Shown here one piece after another: positions 45,263 through 53,200 of a DNA stretch of 64,000 bases. This stretch comes from Chitinophagales bacterium (lineage in GTDB: Bacteria; Bacteroidota; Bacteroidia; Chitinophagales; UBA8649): contig JBMHCE010000055.1 of the NCBI GenBank assembly GCA_049890075.1, positions 9,435 through 73,434 of the forward strand. Direction: 5' to 3'. The notes under the pieces are model-generated. The model ran no database searches. It worked only from the letters and a program-made list of their open reading frames with translations, and had not been told where the DNA came from. How positions within the stretch are numbered: position 1 is the first letter of the stretch; every line of letters starts with the position of its first letter. The translations under genes were made by a program, and so were the position numbers.

Positions 45263-46660
45263 TTAAAGGTGAATAACCTCATCGTACGCAGCGGCAGCGG
45301 CTTCCATGACCGCTTCACTCATGGTTGGATGTGGGTGTACTGCTTTGATAATTTCATGACCTGTGGTCTCAAGTTTTCGAGCAGTAACAACCTCTGCAAT
45401 CATCTCAGTCACATTCGCACCAATAAAGTGCGCGCCTAGCCATTCACCGTACTTTGCATCAAAGATTACTTTCACAAAGCCCTCCTTGGCACCTGCTGCG
45501 CTTGCCTTACCAGAAGCAGAGAAAGGAAACTTGCCAATTTTTAACTCATAGCCCGCTTCTTTAGCTTCATCTTCTGTCATACCCACAGAAGCTACTTCAG
45601 GCACACTATAGGTACAATTTGGAAGATTTCCGTAGTCGAGCGGCTCTACATCATGGCCGGCTATTTTTTCTACACAAAGAATGCCTTCAGCACTAGCCAC
45701 GTGTGCTAAAGCAGGACCTTTTACAATATCGCCAATAGCGTAAACTCCTTGAGCTGAGGTTTGATAGTAGTCATCAACCTGAACGATACCTCGCTCCACT
45801 TTGATACCGGCTGCCTCTAAACCAAGATTATCCGTATTGGGCGTAACACCTACAGCAGATAAAACAATATCGGCTTCCAGGGTTGAGGTGCTTCCTTTCT
45901 TTAGGTCCTTAACTTCGACCGAGCAACCTCCTTTCGTTGTTTTTACACCAAGAACTTGAGATTCAGTAAGCAGTTTGATGCCTTTCTTTTTGAAAATCTT
46001 AGCCATCTCTTTGGACACATCTTTGTCCTCACGAGGAAGGATGCGATCTTGATATTCCACAATGGTTACTTCCGTTCCAATTGCTGCATAGAGATAGGCG
46101 AATTCCACACCAATCGCCCCACTACCTACCACTACCATAGACTTGGGCTGTGACTTTAGCGTCATCGCTTCACGATAACCGATAATGTGCTTTCCATCTT
46201 GCTCAATTCCTGGGAGTTGTCTAGAACGAGCACCGGTGGCAAGAATAACGTGCTTAGCGGTGTAGGTCTCTACCTTACCATCAGCATCAGTTACCTCCAC
46301 AATACGATTGGCCTTGATGTGAGCCGAACCCATAATGGCGTCAATCTTATTCTTTTTGAACAAAAATTGAACTCCTTTACTCATGCCCCCAGCCACATCG
46401 CGACTGCGCTTGATGATGGCATCAAACTCGACTTCCGCGCCCTTGGTTTTGATCCCATAGTCTTCGCTATGGCTTATGTATTCAAATACTTGTGCACTCT
46501 TTAGTAGCGCTTTGGTAGGAATACATCCCCAGTTTAAGCAAATGCCTCCTAACGCTTCGCGCTCAACAACACCTACTTTAAACCCGAGCTGTGAAGCACG
46601 AATAGCAGCGACATAGCCACCAGGGCCAGCACCAATTACAAGAACATCATATTGTTTCAT
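45263..46660 (-). CDS. lpdA: Dihydrolipoyl dehydrogenase
   Basis: GAGPGGYVAA, GGICLNWGCIPTK, HPHPTMSE. Confidence 0.97.
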   Translation of the reverse strand: MKQYDVLVIGAGPGGYVAAIRASQLGFKVGVVEREALGGICLNWGCIPTKALLKSAQVFEYISHSEDYGIKTKGAEVEFDAIIKRSRDVAGGMSKGVQFLFKKNKIDAIMGSAHIKANRIVEVTDADGKVETYTAKHVILATGARSRQLPGIEQDGKHIIGYREAMTLKSQPKSMVVVGSGAIGVEFAYLYAAIGTEVTIVEYQDRILPREDKDVSKEMAKIFKKKGIKLLTESQVLGVKTTKGGCSVEVKDLKKGSTSTLEADIVLSAVGVTPNTDNLGLEAAGIKVERGIVQVDDYYQTSAQGVYAIGDIVKGPALAHVASAEGILCVEKIAGHDVEPLDYGNLPNCTYSVPEVASVGMTEDEAKEAGYELKIGKFPFSASGKASAAGAKEGFVKVIFDAKYGEWLGAHFIGANVTEMIAEVVTARKLETTGHEIIKAVHPHPTMSEAVMEAAAAAYDEVIHL

Positions 46661-46791
46661 CGGTTAAATTTTAGACAAAAATACAATTCTTACTAACCAA
46701 AAGACAAGGCAGCATGGGATCTAATATCCTTATCGAACGTCAAAAAAACATATTGCTCTGCAAAGCATCGAATCAACCGGGAAAGGCAATG

Positions 46792-47433
46792 CTATTTCGT
46801 GAGATCCACAATGGTCACGCCCGGGTAGCTTGACTTTGAGAAACGATAGGCATCTATCGATGGTGCCTGATTTAACTCAAAACGATCAAAGGTGAATTTA
46901 TTTGTTAATCCATCGGTAAGGACCATAGTTGTCCCAACTAACTCGAGACGATTCGTTGAAATTTCCAAGGTGACTTTTTCAATGTCAGGATTCGCAGTTC
47001 GGGGCTTTAATACTATGGTTTGAATATCACCAGTCTCAGTCGATGATATAATCTCATACGACTTATCCTCATACACATTAAACAACTCCATAGGATTCAT
47101 AGCAGGATCCATGTCCTTATACCACATTACCTGAGCCTCATTATAATCCTTCATATAGGTCCAAACTTTCACACCATCTGATGTAACATGCATATCCTTG
47201 TTTTCAAACTGGAAAGCCGATCCATTGCGACTGGCCTCTATGACATCCTCAATACTACCATTGCCAGGGATATCCATAGTCCATTGAAGGGTAATGCTAA
47301 GCTTATCTAAGTCCCCATACTTATCCATTACTTTTTCCAATAATGCCTCACTCTCTGCAAAGCTGGAATTAGACACTTGTCCGTGCAAGGACATGGCTAC
47401 AAGGGTTGAAAAAAGTAGAAAAAGGTATCGCAT
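46792..47433 (-). CDS. Outer-membrane lipoprotein carrier LolA-like protein
   Basis: Signal peptide; SDGVKVWTY..NE, NP; C-terminal YPGVTIVDL; directly downstream of ftsK. Confidence 0.8.
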   Translation of the reverse strand: MRYLFLLFSTLVAMSLHGQVSNSSFAESEALLEKVMDKYGDLDKLSITLQWTMDIPGNGSIEDVIEASRNGSAFQFENKDMHVTSDGVKVWTYMKDYNEAQVMWYKDMDPAMNPMELFNVYEDKSYEIISSTETGDIQTIVLKPRTANPDIEKVTLEISTNRLELVGTTMVLTDGLTNKFTFDRFELNQAPSIDAYRFSKSSYPGVTIVDLTK

Positions 47434-47438
47434 TGTAT

Positions 47439-49901
47439 CTATTGTTTCCGATGTAACAAATATTGTTCCAACTCTTGTTCACTCGAATACATAACTTCTC
47501 TTGGCTTACTGCCCATATTGGGACCAACAATACCGAGTTCCTCCAATTGATCCATGATTCGACCAGCCCGATTATACCCTAGCTTCAATCGCCGCTGAAT
47601 CATTGAAGTTGAACCACTCTGGTTACCAACTACAATTCTAGCGGCTTCTTCTAACAAGGGATCCATATCATCAGAGGATAGACTGCCTTTATCACCCCCT
47701 TCGTTTTTGTCTTTAAACTCAGGCAATTCAAAAATCTCACCATATCCTTGCTGGTCTCCGATAAATCGACAAATCTCATCCACCTCGGGTGTATCTACAA
47801 AGGCACACTGTATTCGAACCATATCACTGCCCATTGAGAAAAGCAAATCACCGCGACCGATAAGTTGATCAGCTCCTCCTGCATCTAAAATGGTTCGTGA
47901 ATCGACTTTTGAAGTAACCTTAAAGGAGATTCGAGCAGGAAAGTTCGCCTTGATGATACCCGTTATAATATTCACCGATGGACGCTGCGTGGCTAAAATG
48001 AGATGGATTCCAATGGCACGAGCCAGCTGTGCTAACCTCGCTATGGGTGTTTCGACTTCCTTGCCCGCCGTCATGATTAAGTCAGCAAACTCATCAATAA
48101 CAAGTACGATGTATGGAAGAAATCTATGACCATTTTCAGGATTTAACTGGCGCTTTTTAAATTTCGTATTGTATTCTTTAATGTTTCGTGCTCTTCCTTT
48201 TTTGAGTAAGTCGTAGCGGTTATCCATTTCCAAACAGAGCGCATTAACGGTACTTACCACTTTTTTAACATCCGTGATAATCGGCTCCTCTTCTCCTGGT
48301 AACACAGCTAGGTAATGGTGTTTTATTGAGTTAAAGAGACTCAGCTCCACTTTTTTCGGATCAACTAAGACAAACTTTAACTCCGAAGGATGAAGCTTGT
48401 AGAGCAAGGATACCAGTAAGGCATTAATACCTACCGACTTTCCTTGACCTGTAGCACCCGCCATGAGTAAGTGTGGCATTTTTGCTAAATCGGCCACTAC
48501 ATATTCTCCAGCAATATTTTTTCCTAATCCAACAGGAAGTGCGGCATTTGAATTCTTGAACAATTCAGAAGCTACGACGGAACGCATTGAAACCACCTCT
48601 TTGTGAGCATTGGGCACTTCGATACCAATCGTACCCTTCCCTGGGATTGGTGCGATAATACGGATACCTAATGCCGCCAAACTTAAGGCGATATCGTCTT
48701 CAAGGTTTTTAATTTTTGAGATGCGTACTCCTTTGGCTGGAACAATCTCATACAAAGTCACCGTTGGACCTACAGTTGCTCGAATGGAATCAATTTCGAT
48801 TTTGTAGTCCCTAAGAGTCTCCACGATTTGCTCCTTTTTCTTAACAAGCTCGCCTTCGTCAACACGAACATCTCCTGACCCATGATCGGCCAACAAATCA
48901 ACTGTTGGAAACTTATACTTGGATAAATCTTTACGAGGATCATACTCATCACCTGATGGTTTTTTAACCGTTGAAATGACTGAAGCAGCCTCTTGTTTCT
49001 CTTTTTCCTTTTGAATGATTTCAAAAGATGTGTTATCCTCTGGAGTTTGCTCGTCTGATTTTTTCGTTGTCTTGTTAACCTTCTGGTTATCCTGATGTTC
49101 CTCAATAACCGATGTAGGAGGTTTGGTAGTTTGATCTGGATGATCAGCGGCTTGTGGCTCAATATCGACGGATGGCTCTTCTTGGGTAAGATGAATACCG
49201 TCTCTTTCAAAAGCGGTTTCTGCAAAGGTTATCTCTTCTTCATTTTCAATTTCTTTCTTTTTGAAAGATGGCAGCCAACGAAAACTAAGGAAACCATCAA
49301 GAAGCTTCACCACGTTTAATCCTGCACAATGGGCGACATAAGCCAGGGTAAGAATGATTGAAAGGCCGGTCACTCCTCCAAATCCAATGAGGTAGGTAAA
49401 CAAGCCTGATTGACCAAAAAGCGAAGCACTAATCCGTCCATCAATAGGATAAGGCATGTCGACTAGATGCCCCCTAATTAGACCGGTGGTCACCATAGAA
49501 ACCATCATAAAAAAGATGAGCTCTTTAAAAATCTTTGAATAGGGCACTAGGATGGACTCACGAAGAAAATTTAATCCTACAAGGCCAATAGCTATGGCGA
49601 TTGCAAAGGCACCCCCTATTCCAAAGCGCATTTCGATAAAGTAATAGCTCAGCTTGGCCCCTACTCCCCCCATGAAGTTTTCGACTTCAGAAAAGTCTGG
49701 GTTAGATGATGTTACAATCGAATGGTCATTAGCAAAATGATGAATCGAGGATACAAATGACAACAGCAGAAAAGCCGAAAGGATAAGCAATATGACTCCA
49801 GACCCCTGTCGGTATGATGTGCGCTGTTCGGGTGAAAACCAAGTTTTCATCCATGAGCCCCGTTTGCCTGACTTTTTCTTTTGTTTTTTCTTTTTGGCCA
49901 T
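47439..49901 (-). CDS. ftsK: DNA translocase FtsK
   Basis: N-terminal TMs, MPHLLMAGATGQGKS, IDEFADL, ATQRPS, gamma domain IQRRLKLGYNRAGR. Confidence 0.97.
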   Translation of the reverse strand: MAKKKKQKKKSGKRGSWMKTWFSPEQRTSYRQGSGVILLILSAFLLLSFVSSIHHFANDHSIVTSSNPDFSEVENFMGGVGAKLSYYFIEMRFGIGGAFAIAIAIGLVGLNFLRESILVPYSKIFKELIFFMMVSMVTTGLIRGHLVDMPYPIDGRISASLFGQSGLFTYLIGFGGVTGLSIILTLAYVAHCAGLNVVKLLDGFLSFRWLPSFKKKEIENEEEITFAETAFERDGIHLTQEEPSVDIEPQAADHPDQTTKPPTSVIEEHQDNQKVNKTTKKSDEQTPEDNTSFEIIQKEKEKQEAASVISTVKKPSGDEYDPRKDLSKYKFPTVDLLADHGSGDVRVDEGELVKKKEQIVETLRDYKIEIDSIRATVGPTVTLYEIVPAKGVRISKIKNLEDDIALSLAALGIRIIAPIPGKGTIGIEVPNAHKEVVSMRSVVASELFKNSNAALPVGLGKNIAGEYVVADLAKMPHLLMAGATGQGKSVGINALLVSLLYKLHPSELKFVLVDPKKVELSLFNSIKHHYLAVLPGEEEPIITDVKKVVSTVNALCLEMDNRYDLLKKGRARNIKEYNTKFKKRQLNPENGHRFLPYIVLVIDEFADLIMTAGKEVETPIARLAQLARAIGIHLILATQRPSVNIITGIIKANFPARISFKVTSKVDSRTILDAGGADQLIGRGDLLFSMGSDMVRIQCAFVDTPEVDEICRFIGDQQGYGEIFELPEFKDKNEGGDKGSLSSDDMDPLLEEAARIVVGNQSGSTSMIQRRLKLGYNRAGRIMDQLEELGIVGPNMGSKPREVMYSSEQELEQYLLHRKQ

Positions 49902-50082
49902 ACGTTGCTAAATTTCGCCGAAGTACAACACTTATTACAAGCCTCTTTCCAACACCTTACCGTGCATAATGCATGAAATGTCAATGAAACATTGCGTTAA
50001 TCCACATAGAATTCATCATTCGACGTTCTTTTTGGTTTGGCAGTGGTTCTCGATACAATTAATTTTAGGCTAAATATTTATT

Positions 50083-51708
50083 ATGTCTAACGCTCATCAC
50101 GAAGTACCTGTTGCCTACAACGAAGAAATTCGAAGCTATGCTCCAGGCAGTTCTGACCGAACAAAATTGCGAGAAGCTCTCGCCCATCTCAAAGGCCAAA
50201 CCATGGATATCCCTATGATGATTGATGGTCAAGAAATTCGCACCGACAATCTCATATCGATACACCCTCCGGCTGAAACGAGCCATTGCCTAGGTCATTT
50301 TCATATGGGCAGTGCGAACCATGTTTCTGATGCTATTGATGCCGCAATGCGTGCTCGTGATGCTTGGGCGGCAATGCCTTGGCAAGATCGTGTTGCCATT
50401 TTTCTTAAGGCAGCAGATTTGGTAACCGGTCCACACAGATATGCTATGAATGCAGCGACTATGCTCTGCCAATCAAAGAACGTCTATCAGGCTGAAATTG
50501 AGGCGGTAGCTGAACTTGCAGACTTCTTTCGTTATAATGCTCAGTACATCACAGAGATCTACGCGGAACAGCCTGAATCTGTGCCTGGAGTCTGGAATCG
50601 AGTAGATTATCGTCCATTAGAAGGTTTTGTCTTTGCCGTTACACCGTTCAACTTTACAGCGATTGCCGCAAACCTTCCCGCTTCAGCTGCTATGATGGGC
50701 AATACGGTTGTATGGAAGCCAAGTGACACCCAAGTGTATTCAGCCTGGATGACTATGCAAATCTTACGAGAAGCTGGGCTCCCTGATGGAGTAATCAATC
50801 TTGTATACTGCGATGGCCCTGAGGCAGGAGAAGTCGCCTTAAAGCACCGTGATCTTGGAGGCGTTCACTTCACAGGATCTACCAAAACCTTTCAATACAT
50901 GTGGAAGACGATAGGTGAAAACATTGCCAATTACAGAAGCTATCCTCGAATTGTAGGCGAGACAGGAGGTAAGGACTTCGTATTTGCTCATCCCGATTGT
51001 GATGTCGAAGGACTCAATGTAGCCCTGTGCCGCGGTGCATTTGAATACCAAGGTCAAAAGTGTTCTGCAGCATCAAGAGCCTATATACCGCAATCCATTT
51101 GGCCTCAGCTAAAAACGATGCTTGTCGATACGGTAAAGACCATGAAGATGGGTCCTACCGATGATTTTAGCAACTTCATCAATGCAGTTATTGACGAACG
51201 CTCCTTTGACAAGATCAAAGGGTATATCGATCAAGCAAAAGGGGATAACATCGATGTTCTCATTGGAGGAGGCTGCGACAAATCCAAAGGCTACTTTGTA
51301 GAACCCACCATATTGGTAACCAAAGATCCTAAGTACCGAACCATGGTCGAGGAGATTTTTGGACCTGTCCTCACCATCTATGTCTACGATGACCAAGATT
51401 TTGAATCCGTTTTTGACTTAGTTGATGACTGTGAGTATGCACTCACTGGGGCAATTTTCGCAAGAGACCGAGCAGATATTGAGTACATGACAAACCGCCT
51501 TGAGAACGCTGCGGGTAACTTTTACGTCAACGACAAACCGACGGGAGCTATCGTAGGGCAGCAACCATTTGGAGGTGGAAGAGCTTCAGGAACGAATGAT
51601 AAAGCAGGATCAAAGTGGAATTTAATGCGTTGGGTGTCTATCAGGACGATTAAAGAAGTTGCTGTTTCACCCAAAGACTATCGATATCCGTTTCTCTCAA
51701 AGGATTAA
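50083..51708 (+). CDS. pruA: L-glutamate gamma-semialdehyde (P5C) dehydrogenase
   Basis: YRPLEGF, PFNFTAI, FTGST, GETGGK, FEYQGQKCSA, EEIFGP. Confidence 0.95.
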   Translation: MSNAHHEVPVAYNEEIRSYAPGSSDRTKLREALAHLKGQTMDIPMMIDGQEIRTDNLISIHPPAETSHCLGHFHMGSANHVSDAIDAAMRARDAWAAMPWQDRVAIFLKAADLVTGPHRYAMNAATMLCQSKNVYQAEIEAVAELADFFRYNAQYITEIYAEQPESVPGVWNRVDYRPLEGFVFAVTPFNFTAIAANLPASAAMMGNTVVWKPSDTQVYSAWMTMQILREAGLPDGVINLVYCDGPEAGEVALKHRDLGGVHFTGSTKTFQYMWKTIGENIANYRSYPRIVGETGGKDFVFAHPDCDVEGLNVALCRGAFEYQGQKCSAASRAYIPQSIWPQLKTMLVDTVKTMKMGPTDDFSNFINAVIDERSFDKIKGYIDQAKGDNIDVLIGGGCDKSKGYFVEPTILVTKDPKYRTMVEEIFGPVLTIYVYDDQDFESVFDLVDDCEYALTGAIFARDRADIEYMTNRLENAAGNFYVNDKPTGAIVGQQPFGGGRASGTNDKAGSKWNLMRWVSIRTIKEVAVSPKDYRYPFLSKD

Positions 51709-51717
51709 GTTTTAAGC

Positions 51718-51753
51718 AATAAAAAAGGACCTGATATCAGGTCCTTTTTTATT
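51718..51753. terminator. Bidirectional terminator (perfect 36-bp palindrome)
   Basis: aataaaaaaggacctgat|atcaggtccttttttatt between convergent genes. Confidence 0.88.
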
Positions 51754-51767
51754 ATAGAGCATTGGAA

Positions 51768-52205
51768 TTACTGCCATCCAAAAACCAAAACTTTTGATTT
51801 CCTCGTTTGGTTGTTTTTCGAATCATAAACAAAAACAATACGATCGATAAACCGTCTGTTTCCTGGAAGATCAATAATTCTTGTAGCCGAGTTCTTTGAG
51901 AAGTTGTGACGAAGATCAATTTCCTCTTTACTACCATTTTCAAAGTGCACGATGCAGCGATGCATATTGAGGCCTCCTCCGCGCACTACGATTTTGATTT
52001 TTTTGAAAGAACCATCTCGGTATCCTACTTCGATGACATCTCGATCTAAGCCGAAGTCTACTGTTTTTGAACCTAAAAAGACCCATTTAGCCATAAGATC
52101 TGCAGACGGAACAGGCGGATGGTGAGAAACAGTACTTTGTTTCGCTTGAAGGCCTTGGATTAAAATACATTGTATAAGGAAAAGAAAAAGTAGTCGGTAA
52201 TGCAT
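51768..52205 (-). CDS. Secreted hypothetical protein (DUF2541-like)
   Basis: Signal peptide; WVFLGSKTVDFGLDRDVI..F.KIKI.V..TRIIDLPGNRRFI. Confidence 0.75.
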   Translation of the reverse strand: MHYRLLFLFLIQCILIQGLQAKQSTVSHHPPVPSADLMAKWVFLGSKTVDFGLDRDVIEVGYRDGSFKKIKIVVRGGGLNMHRCIVHFENGSKEEIDLRHNFSKNSATRIIDLPGNRRFIDRIVFVYDSKNNQTRKSKVLVFGWQ

Positions 52206-52310
52206 AAGTAAACGTATTAGTGAGATGTAAAATTTACAAAAAGCAGGCCAAAGTGCAGATTAACTGGGACGCGGAAACAATATACAATGTGATCTACTCA
52301 AGCCCAAAAC

Positions 52311-52339
52311 AAAAAAACCGCAGGGAATACCCTACGGTT
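52311..52339 (-). terminator. Terminator downstream of tRNA-Val and its repeat
   Basis: Minus strand AACCGTAGGG-TATT-CCCTGCGGTT-TTTTT. Confidence 0.8.
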
Positions 52340-52347
52340 AGTACGTT

Positions 52348-52544
52348 GCCCTGTTGCCAGGAAAAAGTTGTGGGCGCTGAGAGATTTACTTCGTACATCT
52401 CTAGAACGCTAAATGGAGAATACAACCTTTTTATGCGTTGCATTTTACCTCCACCACTTCATTCGTCATCCCAAGCAAGCTTTGATGCCTCCTTGTTTGT
52501 TGGAGGCCCTGTTGCCAGGAAATGGTTGTGGGCGCTGAGAGATT
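52348..52544. repeat. 39-bp direct repeat (52348-52386 and 52506-52544) including the tRNA-Val 3' end; period 158 bp
   Basis: gccctgttgccaggaaa(aa/tg)gttgtgggcgctgagagatt occurs twice, 37/39 identical. Confidence 0.9.
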
Positions 52545-52603
52545 CGAACTCCCGACCCCCTGGGTGTAAACCAGATGCTCTGAACCAACTGAGCTAAGCG
52601 CCC
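52529..52603 (-). tRNA. tRNA-Val (TAC)
   Basis: GGGCGCTTAGCTCAGTTGGTTCAGAGCATCTGGTTTACACCCAGGGGGTCGGGAGTTCGAATCTCTCAGCGCCCA cloverleaf. Confidence 0.96.
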
Positions 52604-52655
52604 TTTAAGACTTGTTGCTTTGGAGATCGCTCCAAAATTTCAGTCGAAAGGAAGC

Positions 52656-52681
52656 CAAAGATAAACGAAAAAATAAATTTG
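52656..52681. promoter_or_regulatory. Back-to-back Bacteroidota -7 elements for tRNA-Val (minus, TATCTTTG) and ccmE (plus, TAAATTTG)
   Basis: caaagata at 52656-52663; taaatttg at 52674-52681. Confidence 0.6.
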
Positions 52682-52768
52682 CGTCATTTTCTACATCTGA
52701 TTTTCAATTGGAGGACTATGAATGGCTGTGAAATACTCCATGGGCAGTATTTTTATCTCGAAAGGTAT

Positions 52769-53143
52769 ATGAAAACACGAAAAATTATTCTCGTTTTTGG
52801 TCTCATCGGCATTGCCTTGGGAATGGTCTACATTTTTACGACAACTGCTGAGGTTACTACCTATGCAAACTTTGAGGAAGCTCGGAGCACAGGAAAAACA
52901 CATCAAGTCGTTGGGACTTTAAGTCCTAGCCACGAGATAGATGATGATGGAGGACTGCTCCAATTTCATCTTCAGGACGACAATAACGAGACAGTTAAAG
53001 TAGTTTACAACAAACCCATGCCGGATGGATTTAAAAATTCAGAAAAGATTGTGGTAACTGGTTCTTTTAAAAACGAGCTATTTGTAGCCGAAAAGATTCT
53101 TATGAAATGTCCTTCGAAATACGAGGGAACCGACGGAGTCTAA
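52769..53143 (+). CDS. ccmE: Cytochrome c maturation heme chaperone CcmE (CxxxY type)
   Basis: N-terminal TM, P.GF..SEKIVVTG, ILMKCPSKY. Confidence 0.88.
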   Translation: MKTRKIILVFGLIGIALGMVYIFTTTAEVTTYANFEEARSTGKTHQVVGTLSPSHEIDDDGGLLQFHLQDDNNETVKVVYNKPMPDGFKNSEKIVVTGSFKNELFVAEKILMKCPSKYEGTDGV

Positions 53144-53200
53144 CCCAAATCACCCATGCTTACTCATTGCATCCTACATATACATTCGGCGCTTAGCACC

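Noticed and set aside
48770-49225. 151-aa alternative-frame ORF inside ftsK
   Set aside because: Off-frame read of the low-complexity FtsK linker; no independent evidence
52220-52597. 125-aa plus-strand ORF
   Set aside because: Antisense to tRNA-Val and its repeat; the translation (WALRDSNSRPPGCKPDALNQLS) is a typical tRNA shadow
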